Shown one piece after another: positions 34,702 through 44,867 of a stretch of DNA of 45,163 nt. The stretch is from NCBI GenBank assembly GCA_944350335.1, contig CALVOQ010000001.1, positions 1 to 45,163 of the forward strand, written 5' to 3'. Position numbers and translations under genes: made by a program. Below the pieces are notes generated by a model that saw only the letters and a list, made by a program, of their open reading frames with translations, searched no databases and was not told where the DNA came from. Within the stretch, counting starts at the first letter, position 1, and every line of letters begins with the position of its first letter. The stretch is from an uncultured Bacilli bacterium (lineage in GTDB: Bacteria; Bacillota_I; Bacilli_A; RF39; UBA660).

Positions 34702-37700
34702 ATGATGGAAGTTAATAATTTTGAAGGAATAAAAATAGGAATAGCATCCCCAGAAAAAATCAGAGAATGGTCATATGGAGAAGTAAAAAAGCCAGAAACT
34801 ATAAACTATAGAACATTAAAACCAGAAAGAGATGGGCTATTTTGTGAAAAAATCTTTGGACCAACAAAAGATTTTGAATGTAGTTGTGGAAAATATAAAA
34901 GATTAAGGTATAAAAATATAATATGTGATAGATGCGGAGTAGAGGTTACAAGATCAAAAGTTAGACGTGAAAGAATGGGACACATTGAACTTGCTACTCC
35001 AGTGGCACACATATGGTATACAAAAGGCGTGCCTCCAAAAATAGGATTAGTTTTGGATATGTCTCCAAGGGATTTAGAAGAAGTAATATACTTTGTAAGT
35101 TATGTCGTTTTAGATCCTGGAATTGCGCCTTTAGAAAAAAAGCAAACACTATCAGACAAAGAATATCGTGCATATTACGAAAAATATGGCAATGGCTTTA
35201 CAGTAGGCATGGGAGCTGAAGCTATAAAAAAATTATTAAGCGAAGTTAACTTAGAAGTAGAATCAGAAAATTTAAAAAAAGAAATAGAAAAAAGTCAAGG
35301 ACAAAAGAAAATAAGGCTTGTTAAAAGATTAGATTGTATAACATCATTTATAGAAAGTGGAAATAGACCAGAATGGATGATACTGGAAGCATTACCAGTA
35401 ATCCCGCCAGAATTAAGACCAATGATTCAATTACCTGGCGGAAGATTTGCAACAAGTGATTTAAATGATTTATATAGAAGAATAATTAACAGAAATAATC
35501 GTTTGAAGAAACTAATAGAACTTGGAGCACCAACAATCATAGTACAAAACGAAAAACGTATGTTACAAGAAGCGGTAGATGCATTAATAGATAACGGAAG
35601 AAGAGGAAGAAGCGTACAAGGTGCTGGAAATCGTGCATTGAAATCACTTAGCAGTATGTTAAAAGGAAAACAAGGTAGATTCCGTCAAAACCTATTAGGT
35701 AAACGTGTTGACTATTCTGGACGAAGTGTTATCGTAGTAGGGCCAACTTTAAAAATGTATGAGTGTGGATTACCAAAAGAAATGGCTTTAGAATTATTTA
35801 AACCGCATGTAATACATGAACTAGTTGATAGAGAAATGGCTCATAATATAAAGGGAGCAAAAAAATTAATAGAAGCACAAGATGAAAGAGTATGGGATAT
35901 AGTAGAAGAAGTTATAAAGGAGCATCCAGTGCTTTTAAATCGTGCTCCAACACTACATAGACTTGGAATACAGGCATTTGAACCAAAATTAGTAGGTGGA
36001 AAAGCATTAAGATTACACCCATTAGTTTGTCCTGCATTTAACGCAGATTTTGACGGAGACCAAATGGCTGTACACGTTCCATTAAGTGAGGAAGCGCAAG
36101 CAGAAGCAAGAATATTAATGTTGGGTGCTAATAACATTTTAAACCCAAAAGATGGTAGTCCAATAGTAACTCCTTCACAAGATATGGTATTAGGTAATTA
36201 CTACTTAACAATAGAAACACCAGGATTGCCTAATGAAGGAAAAGCATACAAGAATTCAAATGAAGTGTTAATGGCGTATGAAAGAGGAGATATAACATTA
36301 CATACTAGAATATGCTTACCTGTAAAAAGTTTTAAATACAAAATGTTTACAGATGAACAAAAAGAAAAGTATCTAGTTACAACACCTGGTAAAATTATAT
36401 TCAACGAAATCTTACCGGATACATATCCTTATATAAATGAGGGAAGTAAAGAAAATATTGAAAAAATAACTCCAAATAAATTCTTTATTGAAAAAGGAGA
36501 AAACTTACCAGAAAAAGTTGCACAAATGCCAATTACTAAACCATTAATTAATAAAGATTTAGAAAAGTTAATTGCTCAAATATTTAAAAGATATAAAACT
36601 ACAGAAACATCAATAATGCTAGACAAGTTAAAAAATCAAGGTTTTAAATATAGTACAAAATCAGGTATAACTTTCTCATTAAGCGATGTTCCAGTAACGG
36701 ATAAAAAAGCAACAATGATAGAGGAAACAAACAAGATGATTGAGCAAGTTACTAAACAATTTAAAAGAGGATTGATCACTGACGAAGAAAGACATGATAG
36801 AATTGTAAAATTATGGGCAGATACAACTAATAATATTCAAAGCGAGGTTTTTAATGAATTATCAAGCAACCCAGAAAATCCACTCAATATGATATTTTCA
36901 TCAGGTGCTCGTGGTAAAAAGAACCAATTAGGGCAATTATCTGGTATGCGTGGAAGCATGAAAAAACCAGATGGAGAAGTTGTTGAAATACCAATTACTG
37001 CTTCATTTAGAGACGGACTAGATGTGCAGGAATTCTTCTTAAGTACACATGGTTCAAGAAAAGGAACAGCTGACACAGCATTAAAAACAGCTGATGCTGG
37101 ATACTTAACACGTAGGTTAGTAGATGTGGTACAAGATATAATTGTAAAAGAACATGACTGTGGAACTATACAAGGCGTAGAAGTAAGTGCATTTATAGAT
37201 GAAAACAGCGGAGCAGTACTAGAAAGCTTAGAAGAAAGAATACTTGGTAGATATACTAACCAAAAAATAATTAACCCTGAAACCAAAGAATTAATCATAG
37301 ACAAGGGCGAACTTATTACAGAACCAATTGTTGATAAAATAGTTAAAGCTGGAATAACTAAAGTTGAAATCAGAAGTGTGTTGACATGTAAAACTGTAAA
37401 TGGTGTATGTAAAAAATGTTACGGTAGAAACTTAGCTACTGGAAACACTGTAGAAGTTGGAGAAGCAGTAGGAATAATGGCTGCGCAATCAATAGGTGAA
37501 CCAGGAACACAATTAACTATGAGAACATTCCATACTGGAGGTGTTGCTTCAGCTGCCGACATTACACAAGGTTTACCACGTGTAGAAGAATTATTTGAAG
37601 CAAGGACACCTAAAGCAAAAGCAACTATTGCTGAAATAAGTGGAAAAGTAACAAAAATAGCAGAAGACAAAGGCAAATACAAAATATATATCACTAATGA

Positions 37701-38334
37701 CTTGGAAGTAAGAGAACACGTAACTCTTTATAACTCAAAACTGAAAGTAGAAAAAGGTCAAATGGTGGAAGCTGGAGATGCCTTGACTGAAGGCTCAATT
37801 GCACCTAAAGAATTACTTGCTGTTACTGATCCGATTACAGTGCAACAATACATAGTAAAAGAAATACAAAAAGTTTATAAATCACAAGGTGTTGATGTAT
37901 CAGATAAACACGTTGAAATTGTAGTTAAACGAATGATATCAAAAATTAAAATAGTAGATGCAGGAGATACAAGTTTAGTTGAGGGAACATCTATTTCTCT
38001 AAGAGAGTTTGGAGAAATAAACAAACCGATAATATTAGAAGGTAAAACACCTGCGACTGGAAAACCAATATTACTTGGTATTACAAAAGCATCACTTGAA
38101 ACTGATTCATTTTTATCAGCGGCATCTTTCCAAGAAACAACAAGAATTTTAACTGAGGCAGCAGTAAAAGGTAGGGTAGATATGTTAAGTGGATTAAAAG
38201 AAAATGTAATTTTAGGTAAACTAATACCTGCTGGTACTGGTGCAAGAGAATATTCAGATATAAGTTTAATGCTAGAAAAAGAATTTCTTAGTGATGATGC
38301 AAGCGAAGTGTTAGAAGAAACATTTTGTGAGTAA
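34702..38334 (+). CDS. rpoC: DNA-directed RNA polymerase subunit beta'
   Basis: 1210 aa. Zn-finger [23 protein letters not shown], catalytic [12 protein letters not shown], and the trigger-loop region [16 protein letters not shown]. Confidence 0.97.
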   Translation: MMEVNNFEGIKIGIASPEKIREWSYGEVKKPETINYRTLKPERDGLFCEKIFGPTKDFECSCGKYKRLRYKNIICDRCGVEVTRSKVRRERMGHIELATPVAHIWYTKGVPPKIGLVLDMSPRDLEEVIYFVSYVVLDPGIAPLEKKQTLSDKEYRAYYEKYGNGFTVGMGAEAIKKLLSEVNLEVESENLKKEIEKSQGQKKIRLVKRLDCITSFIESGNRPEWMILEALPVIPPELRPMIQLPGGRFATSDLNDLYRRIINRNNRLKKLIELGAPTIIVQNEKRMLQEAVDALIDNGRRGRSVQGAGNRALKSLSSMLKGKQGRFRQNLLGKRVDYSGRSVIVVGPTLKMYECGLPKEMALELFKPHVIHELVDREMAHNIKGAKKLIEAQDERVWDIVEEVIKEHPVLLNRAPTLHRLGIQAFEPKLVGGKALRLHPLVCPAFNADFDGDQMAVHVPLSEEAQAEARILMLGANNILNPKDGSPIVTPSQDMVLGNYYLTIETPGLPNEGKAYKNSNEVLMAYERGDITLHTRICLPVKSFKYKMFTDEQKEKYLVTTPGKIIFNEILPDTYPYINEGSKENIEKITPNKFFIEKGENLPEKVAQMPITKPLINKDLEKLIAQIFKRYKTTETSIMLDKLKNQGFKYSTKSGITFSLSDVPVTDKKATMIEETNKMIEQVTKQFKRGLITDEERHDRIVKLWADTTNNIQSEVFNELSSNPENPLNMIFSSGARGKKNQLGQLSGMRGSMKKPDGEVVEIPITASFRDGLDVQEFFLSTHGSRKGTADTALKTADAGYLTRRLVDVVQDIIVKEHDCGTIQGVEVSAFIDENSGAVLESLEERILGRYTNQKIINPETKELIIDKGELITEPIVDKIVKAGITKVEIRSVLTCKTVNGVCKKCYGRNLATGNTVEVGEAVGIMAAQSIGEPGTQLTMRTFHTGGVASAADITQGLPRVEELFEARTPKAKATIAEISGKVTKIAEDKGKYKIYITNDLEVREHVTLYNSKLKVEKGQMVEAGDALTEGSIAPKELLAVTDPITVQQYIVKEIQKVYKSQGVDVSDKHVEIVVKRMISKIKIVDAGDTSLVEGTSISLREFGEINKPIILEGKTPATGKPILLGITKASLETDSFLSAASFQETTRILTEAAVKGRVDMLSGLKENVILGKLIPAGTGAREYSDISLMLEKEFLSDDASEVLEETFCE

Positions 38335-38358
38335 AAACCCTTTTTAAGGGTTTTTAAT
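38333..38358 (+). terminator. Rho-independent terminator after rpoC
   Basis: AAAAACCCTT / AAGGGTTTTT stem with a TTT loop and a trailing T-run. Confidence 0.8.
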
Positions 38359-38386
38359 TTACAATTTAAAAATCTTTATGTATAAT
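38358..38386 (+). promoter_or_regulatory. Promoter candidate for frr-argS
   Basis: TTTACA (38358-38363), 17-nt spacer ending in TG, TATAAT (38381-38386). Confidence 0.5.
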
Positions 38387-38404
38387 TAAAATGGAGAGTG
38401 AATT

Positions 38405-38944
38405 ATGTTTAACGAAAATGAAGTTAAAACCAAAATGGATAAAGTAATTGAATCGTTTGAATCGAGACTTACAACAGTAAGGGCTGGAAGAGCAAATCCT
38501 AATATATTAAATGGAATAATGGTTGAATACTATGGAGTGTCAACACCGATACAAGGTGTTGCAAATATAAGCATACCAGAAGCTAGACAATTAGTAATAA
38601 AACCATTTGACAAATCAGCTTTAAAAAACATTGAAAAAGCATTATTTGAAGCTAACTTAGGTATGGCTCCTACTAATAATGGTGAAGTGTTAATCCTAAC
38701 AATTCCAGAATTAACAGAAGAAAGTAGGAAAACATTTGTAAAACAAGTAAAAGATATGGCAGAGGAAGCAAGAATTGCACTAAGAAATGTGAGACAAGAC
38801 GCTAACAATGCTATTAAAAAACAAGAATACAGTGAAAACGAAGAAAAAATATATTTAGAAAGTGTTCAAAAACTAATAGACAAATATAATGATATAGTAG
38901 AAGAAAAATTCAAAGAAAAAGAAAAAGAACTTATGACAATTTAG
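38405..38944 (+). CDS. frr: Ribosome recycling factor
   Basis: GGAGAG upstream. 179 aa. TVRAGRANPNILNGIMVEYYG, IKPFDKS and LRNVRQDANNAIKK are RRF blocks. Confidence 0.9.
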   Translation: MFNENEVKTKMDKVIESFESRLTTVRAGRANPNILNGIMVEYYGVSTPIQGVANISIPEARQLVIKPFDKSALKNIEKALFEANLGMAPTNNGEVLILTIPELTEESRKTFVKQVKDMAEEARIALRNVRQDANNAIKKQEYSENEEKIYLESVQKLIDKYNDIVEEKFKEKEKELMTI

Positions 38945-38952
38945 GTGATAAT

Positions 38953-40626
38953 ATGATACAAGAAATAGAAGAGTTTATAAAACCAGTATTTGACTCTTTT
39001 AATTATGAATTTTATGTAAGTGAAAGCAATAAAAAAGAATTGTGTGACTATCAAATAAATAGTCTTTTTCGTATCGCAAAAGATAAAAAAATAAACTTAT
39101 TAGAAATAGGTCAAGACATAACAGCAAAAATTAATGATTTAGAAAACTTTGACAATTACTTTAAAAAAGTAGAATTTTTAAACGGATTTATTAATTTAAC
39201 AGTTAGTGATAAGTTTATAAATAAGTGGATAAATAATACATTACATAATTTAGGTGTAAAAAAAGTTGAAAATACTGAAACATATTACTTAGATTATGGT
39301 GGCCCAAACATAGCAAAACCATTACATATTGGACATCTGCGCCCAGCAATAATAGGAGAGAGTTTAAAACGAATAATAAATTATAAGGGCTATAAAACAA
39401 TAAGTGATGTTCATTTAGGGGATTACGGTTTACAAATGGGGCAAGTAATCTATGGTATAAAAAGGGATAAAATCAAACTTGAAGATATAAATATAGAATA
39501 TTTAAATAAGTGTTATCCTGAAATAAGTGCATTATGTAAAAATGATGAACAAGTATATGAAGAATGTAAAACGATAGTAAAAGAACTACAAAGTGGAAAC
39601 CAAGAATATAATGATTTATGGAAAAAAATATATGAGGTCAGTTTAGAAGACATAAAAAGATTATATAATTATTTAGACATAAACTTTGATTTATGGCTAG
39701 GAGAAAGCGACACTAAACCATATATTCCAAAATTAATAAATGTGCTTACTGAAAAAGGACTATTAGTTTCAGATAATAATGCAAAAGTAGTATTTTTAAA
39801 AGAAGACACTGATAATAAAGAAATGCCACCATTAATTGTAGAAAAAAGTGATGGTTCGTTTATGTACGCGACTACAGATTTAAGTGCAATATATGAAAGA
39901 ATAGAAAAATACAATCCAAAGTACATATTGTATGTAGTTGATGCTAGACAGAGTTTGCATTTTGAACAAGTCTTCAGAGTATGCAAAAAAATAGGATGGC
40001 AAAATCAACTAGAACATATTGCATTTGGGACAATAAATGGTAGTGATGGAAAACCTTTTAAAACAAGAAGCGGGGAAACTTTGAAATTAGATGAGTTAAT
40101 ACAGATGACAAAAGAAACATTTATACAAAAGCGCGAAGAAAATGCAAATATGAAAAAAGAAGACTTAGATATAATAGTAAATGCAATCATAAAATATGCA
40201 GATTTATCAAACAATAGAGAAAAGAATTACATATTTGATTTAACAAAATTCAGTGATATAAATGGTAAAACAGGGCCATATATATTATATTCAGCACTAA
40301 GAATAAAAAAAGTTTTAGATCAAAGCGAGTATTTAGGAAAAGTAAGTGATAATATATATGATGGTATAGATAGAGATTTAAGAATTAAATTACTAGACTT
40401 TGACAAATATATAACAAAAAGCATAGAAGAAAGATTACCCAGCGTGATTGCTGAATATTTATATGATGTTGCAGATTTATCAAGCAAATTTTACCAAAAT
40501 AATAATATAAGCAATTTAACTGATTTAACTAAGAAAAATGACTGGCTTATTATATTAAATTATGCATATAATGTAATGAGAGATTGTTTAAATATGTTAG
40601 GAATTAAAATACCTAGCAAAATGTGA
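38953..40626 (+). CDS. argS: Arginine--tRNA ligase
   Basis: AGGTGA upstream. NIAKPLHIGHLR (HIGH). C-terminal anticodon-binding domain ending in Met, as in ArgRS. 557 aa. Confidence 0.9.
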   Translation: MIQEIEEFIKPVFDSFNYEFYVSESNKKELCDYQINSLFRIAKDKKINLLEIGQDITAKINDLENFDNYFKKVEFLNGFINLTVSDKFINKWINNTLHNLGVKKVENTETYYLDYGGPNIAKPLHIGHLRPAIIGESLKRIINYKGYKTISDVHLGDYGLQMGQVIYGIKRDKIKLEDINIEYLNKCYPEISALCKNDEQVYEECKTIVKELQSGNQEYNDLWKKIYEVSLEDIKRLYNYLDINFDLWLGESDTKPYIPKLINVLTEKGLLVSDNNAKVVFLKEDTDNKEMPPLIVEKSDGSFMYATTDLSAIYERIEKYNPKYILYVVDARQSLHFEQVFRVCKKIGWQNQLEHIAFGTINGSDGKPFKTRSGETLKLDELIQMTKETFIQKREENANMKKEDLDIIVNAIIKYADLSNNREKNYIFDLTKFSDINGKTGPYILYSALRIKKVLDQSEYLGKVSDNIYDGIDRDLRIKLLDFDKYITKSIEERLPSVIAEYLYDVADLSSKFYQNNNISNLTDLTKKNDWLIILNYAYNVMRDCLNMLGIKIPSKM

Positions 40627-40666
40627 CAAAATGTGATATAATTAATGGGCTGGTGGAAAAAAGAGA

Positions 40667-41149
40667 ATGAAAAAAATAAACACAGAGTATAATAAAATAT
40701 ATAAAGAGTTTGAAAATAATAAAGAATTTAAAAAGTTATCTGAAAGCATTCATCATGGACTTACAAGATTAGAGCACGTTAATAGAGTTGCTAGATGGAG
40801 TTTTTGCTTGTCTAAAATACTAAAATTGGATACTTTATCAACAACAAGAGGTGCATTACTACATGATTTTTTTACGAGCAATGATATTAATAGAGAAAAC
40901 TACAGTAGTTTTCTAAAAGAACATCCATTAATCGCATTAGAAAATAGCAAAAAATATTTTGAGTTAAATGAAATTGAAGAAGATATAATTTGCAAACACA
41001 TGTATCCTATAACGAGAACAAAACCAAAATATAAGGAAAGTATTTTAGTCAGTTTAGTAGATAAAGTTGTTAGTTGTTATGAAGCAGTTAGATTTCAAAC
41101 AGCTACAGCTTTAGGAATCACAATATTGTTTTTATATAATATAAGATAA
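40667..41149 (+). CDS. HD-domain phosphohydrolase
   Basis: 160 aa. HHGLTRLEHVNRVA ... ALLHDFF (H...HD metal-binding pattern). Confidence 0.7.
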   Translation: MKKINTEYNKIYKEFENNKEFKKLSESIHHGLTRLEHVNRVARWSFCLSKILKLDTLSTTRGALLHDFFTSNDINRENYSSFLKEHPLIALENSKKYFELNEIEEDIICKHMYPITRTKPKYKESILVSLVDKVVSCYEAVRFQTATALGITILFLYNIR

Positions 41150-41169
41150 AATTAGTTTATTAAATATAT

Positions 41170-41198
41170 ACCTCTAGAAAATCCAGAGGTATTTTATT
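41170..41198 (+). terminator. Terminator-like hairpin after the HD gene
   Basis: ACCTCT / AGAGGT stem (41170-41175 / 41185-41190), followed by ATTTTATT. Confidence 0.45.
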
Positions 41199-41207
41199 AC
41201 AAAAAAA

Positions 41208-41284
41208 TGGCGTCCTTGGGCAGATTTGAACTGCCGACTTACGACTTAGGAGGTCGTTACTCTATCCAGCTGAGTTACAAGGAC
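41208..41284 (-). tRNA. tRNA-Arg (anticodon CCT)
   Basis: The reverse complement folds by hand into a cloverleaf: acceptor GTCCTTG/CAAGGAC, D arm ACTC-AGCTGGATA-GAGT, anticodon arm ACGAC-CTCCTAA-GTCGT, variable loop AAGTC, T arm GGCAG-TTCAAAT-CTGCC, discriminator G, encoded CCA. 77 nt. Confidence 0.9.
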
Positions 41285-41292
41285 ACATAACA

Positions 41293-41319
41293 ATTATAAC
41301 ATATTTTAAAGGTAAGCAA
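41293..41319 (-). promoter_or_regulatory. Promoter candidate for the tRNA gene
   Basis: On the minus strand TTGCTT ... aTGtTATAAT (extended -10), with TATAAT ending 8 nt before the tRNA 5' end. The spacer is short (15 nt). Confidence 0.4.
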
Positions 41320-41411
41320 AACTAAAACATTTTGTTAATGTTTATACAACTTGTTTTTTTTTACGCTATGTTATACTATAATAAAATATATAATGAGGTG
41401 AAAAATAAAAA

Positions 41412-42740
41412 ATGTTTGAAAATAAGAAAATATTAATATTAGGAATGGCTAGAAGTGGATATGAAGCAGCTAAAGTGCTGGCTAAACACAATAATAGAGT
41501 AATAATAACAGATATGAAAGATCAAAACGAAGATCATTTAAAAGAGTTAAAAGATCTAGGTGTAGAATTCATTAAAACGGATGACCCAACAGACCTTTTA
41601 GATGAAACATTTGATTATTTAATAAAAAATCCAGGAGTTAAAATTGATCATCCGTTAGTTTTAAAAGCGATCAAGTTAAATATACCAGTTACAAACGAAG
41701 TTGAAGTGGCATATAGTTTATTTCCTAAAAATATAAAAATAATTGCAATCACTGGATCAAATGGAAAAACAACAACTACAACAATGATATATGAAATACT
41801 AAAAAGAGCAAAATTATCAGTACTATTAGGCGGAAATATAGGTTTTCCAGTATGTTCATTAGTAGAAATTGTAAAAGAAAATGATATTTTAGTACTAGAG
41901 ATAAGTTCACATCAATTACACGATATGAAAAACTTTAAAGCAAATATAAGTATAATTACAAACTTAAGTCCAGTTCATTTAGACCATTTTGGAACTTATG
42001 AAAACTATAAAAAACAAAAATTTAAAATATTTAATAACCAAACTGATAAAGAAACAGCAATATTAAACAAAGAAAATAATGATGTTATGGCTGGAATAAA
42101 TAATATAAATGCAAAAAAATTATATTTTTCAATTAAAGAAAAGTCTGACTGTTATTTAAAAGAAAATACAATTATATACAATAACGAAGAGATAATTAAG
42201 ACTAACGAAATCACAGTAAAGGGGAACCATAATTATGAAAACGCAATGTGCGCGATAATGGTAGCAAAACAATTAAACGTTTCAAATGATGTAATAAAAG
42301 AGTTCTTTAAAGAATTTAAAGGTGTTGAACATAGAATTGAATTTGTAAGAGAACTTAATGGTGTAAAATATTATAATGATTCAAAAGCAACTAACACAGA
42401 ATCTACTATAATTGCACTTTCATCTTTTAACATACCAACAATTTTATTACTAGGTGGCTTAGATAGAGGTCATTCTTTTGAACCATTACTACCATATATG
42501 AAAAATGTTAAATGTATTCTTACATATGGTGAGACTAAAAAAAGAATAAAACATTTTGCAATTCAAAATAATTTTCAAGTATATGAATATGGAACTTTAA
42601 AAGAATGTGTAGAAAAAGCTAAAGAAATATCAGAGAAAAATGATGTTGTATTACTTAGTCCCGCTTGCGCTTCATTGGATCAATATGAAAGTTTTGAACA
42701 ACGTGGCGAAGATTATAAAAAATGTGTAAACACATTATGA
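41412..42740 (+). CDS. murD: UDP-N-acetylmuramoyl-L-alanine--D-glutamate ligase
   Basis: KILILGMARSG, P-loop ITGSNGKTTTT and YNDSKATN are MurD signatures. 442 aa. Confidence 0.9.
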   Translation: MFENKKILILGMARSGYEAAKVLAKHNNRVIITDMKDQNEDHLKELKDLGVEFIKTDDPTDLLDETFDYLIKNPGVKIDHPLVLKAIKLNIPVTNEVEVAYSLFPKNIKIIAITGSNGKTTTTTMIYEILKRAKLSVLLGGNIGFPVCSLVEIVKENDILVLEISSHQLHDMKNFKANISIITNLSPVHLDHFGTYENYKKQKFKIFNNQTDKETAILNKENNDVMAGINNINAKKLYFSIKEKSDCYLKENTIIYNNEEIIKTNEITVKGNHNYENAMCAIMVAKQLNVSNDVIKEFFKEFKGVEHRIEFVRELNGVKYYNDSKATNTESTIIALSSFNIPTILLLGGLDRGHSFEPLLPYMKNVKCILTYGETKKRIKHFAIQNNFQVYEYGTLKECVEKAKEISEKNDVVLLSPACASLDQYESFEQRGEDYKKCVNTL

Positions 42741-42845
42741 TGTTTACACTATATTTACGTTTTTGATTGAAATCTAACGTAAATATATATATAATGAAAT
42801 CAATAAGTAGCATAAGACTACTAATAATAGATGGGAGGTTAAAAT

Positions 42846-44660
42846 ATGGCGAACGACGCTAAAAATGATGACAAAAAAAGAGAAGTAGATAATGACTTTA
42901 TTGATGAAGAAAGTAATGGTAAGTTTATTTTATTCATAGTGTTATCTATTTTAGTAGTTCTAGGTTTAATAATAGGTTCAGTTTATTACTTTAACAGAGA
43001 TGTTGAAGAAAAACCAAGTGAGACAGAAAAGAACCCAGTAGAAATTATTGAAAACCCAGATCTTGAAGAAGACAAAGAAAGTGAAGAACAAGAACCAGAG
43101 GAGGAAGAAACTTATCCAGTTTTTGATGACACAGTGGCAAACGTTGATGATGAGGAAGATGAACCTGAGATAAATGAACCAACTGAAGAACCAGAGGAAA
43201 AAATAATATATACAATAATGTTCTTTGATGAAAAAGACAATCAAATTGGAGAAACACAAAAAGTTGAAGATTTAAGTAATATAGTTACGCCAGAAGTTCC
43301 AGTTGTTGAAGGATACGAAGGTGAATGGGTAAGTGAATGCGATGAAAATAACGTATGTAGATACAAACCAAAATACAAAAAGATTTTAGTGGCAGCAGTA
43401 GAGGATGCAACGTATGACATTAATTTAAATGGAAGCGTTATAGAAGTTAGCGGAACAGTAATTGAAAGCGGAAGAGCTGAAGCAGACTTTGCAGAAAGTG
43501 GCTACAGAAGTTATGTTAAAGTTAAGTTTATTGCACCTGAAAATGTAACGAAAGAAATGTTAGAAACTATGTCATTAAGTATTAAAATAGAAGGCGTAGA
43601 TGGTGAAACAACAGAAAATGGTATAGGAATATTAGATAGTACACCTGAAGAAATAGAAAATGGTGTGTATTATTTCTACTATACAGTTGCCGTAGATGAG
43701 GTTAAAGAGTTGGTATTGCCAGAAATAACAGTTAACTGGGGAAATGGTAATGATAGCGCTTACACAATAGATACTGAGAAAGTTGACATTATGAGTTATG
43801 CTAATTACATAGGAATAACAAAACCAACAATAGATGATACTAACAGTGACGGAGTTTTAACTGGTGCGGGTGATGTTACTTATGATATAGATGCAGAACT
43901 AGCAGAAGATGATCACGTAACTAACATAAATATAGATGGTGAAGTAAATAATTATGAAGAAAAAACAGGAATTATGGAAGTTATTGGATTAGATGAGTTC
44001 GATAACATCTTGACATTAAAGTTTACAGCACCATCAGAAGTAACTGATTTCTCAAATTTAACAGTGACAACAGAACAAAATACATATTCAGGACCTGGAG
44101 TTCTAGATGGAGAAAATTATTTCTATATGTATCAAGCGGTAGATCCTAACACAACAAGCAATCCAAAAATAATTATCGATTGGGATGGAGATGAGGGTAT
44201 ATTAGAGCCTGAGACATATATAATTAATACGGATACTATAAAATTAACTCCAAATAAAGAATTAGATTCTACTGTTTCTTCAAATGAAAACAATACATAT
44301 GATCAAAATCTAGTACAAAATCATGATGCAGAAAACATAATAGAAGTGACTGGAGATATTAAATACAATGAAGAAAAAAATGGATATTTAATAGAAACAA
44401 CGTTTAAACCTATCGAGGGAACTACTGTAGATAAAGATAAAATTACAGTAACAAACGAAGAAGGCGAAAATGTTTACAATGCTGATAATTTGGTAGAAGA
44501 TGAAAATGGTAATATAAGTTATAACCATACTCAAATAGTACAAGATATAGAGTCAACATCAAGTGTAACTATTGATTGGAACGGAGCAGATGATGGCGGA
44601 AATATTATGTATCAATATGATGTGAGTGACGTTAATTTAAAACTAGATTCGAATGTATAA
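42846..44660 (+). CDS. Membrane-anchored surface protein: acidic stalk, one Listeria-Bacteroides (Flg_new)-like repeat, three tandem copies of an unrecognised ~120-155-aa domain
   Basis: GGGAGG upstream. TM FILFIVLSILVVLGLIIGSVYYF. E/P/D-rich linker. YTIMFFDEKDNQIGETQKVEDLSNIVTPEVPVVEGYEGEWV resembles Flg_new repeats. Repeats start at about 43407, 43875 and 44292, each beginning xTYD(I/Q)(N/D) and ending (V/I)(N/D)W(G/D/N)G... Confidence 0.75.
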   Translation: MANDAKNDDKKREVDNDFIDEESNGKFILFIVLSILVVLGLIIGSVYYFNRDVEEKPSETEKNPVEIIENPDLEEDKESEEQEPEEEETYPVFDDTVANVDDEEDEPEINEPTEEPEEKIIYTIMFFDEKDNQIGETQKVEDLSNIVTPEVPVVEGYEGEWVSECDENNVCRYKPKYKKILVAAVEDATYDINLNGSVIEVSGTVIESGRAEADFAESGYRSYVKVKFIAPENVTKEMLETMSLSIKIEGVDGETTENGIGILDSTPEEIENGVYYFYYTVAVDEVKELVLPEITVNWGNGNDSAYTIDTEKVDIMSYANYIGITKPTIDDTNSDGVLTGAGDVTYDIDAELAEDDHVTNINIDGEVNNYEEKTGIMEVIGLDEFDNILTLKFTAPSEVTDFSNLTVTTEQNTYSGPGVLDGENYFYMYQAVDPNTTSNPKIIIDWDGDEGILEPETYIINTDTIKLTPNKELDSTVSSNENNTYDQNLVQNHDAENIIEVTGDIKYNEEKNGYLIETTFKPIEGTTVDKDKITVTNEEGENVYNADNLVEDENGNISYNHTQIVQDIESTSSVTIDWNGADDGGNIMYQYDVSDVNLKLDSNV

Positions 44661-44668
44661 AATGATTG

Positions 44669-44699
44669 AAATGTTTTGATTAAAGATCAAAACATTTTT
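44669..44699 (+). terminator. Rho-independent terminator
   Basis: AAATGTTTTGAT / ATCAAAACATTT: 12-bp stem, loop TAAAG, T-run. Confidence 0.65.
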
Positions 44700-44732
44700 A
44701 ATGCTTTACTTAATTAATGTTAAATTGTAATT

Positions 44733-44768
44733 AAACCCAATTTCTTATATATATATAAAATTGGGTTT
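44733..44768 (+). other. Second hairpin (AAACCCAATT / AATTGGGTTT)
   Basis: 10-11-bp stem with a 14-16-nt (TA)n-containing loop, followed by TT. A back-up terminator or other RNA structure. Confidence 0.4.
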
Positions 44769-44867
44769 TTATATGAAAATTTTTTACTTAGGTGCTTATT
44801 TTGTTATTTTAATTGAATTTGCAAATTTTTATAGTATAATTATTCTAGATAATTAGAAGTTTGTGCT

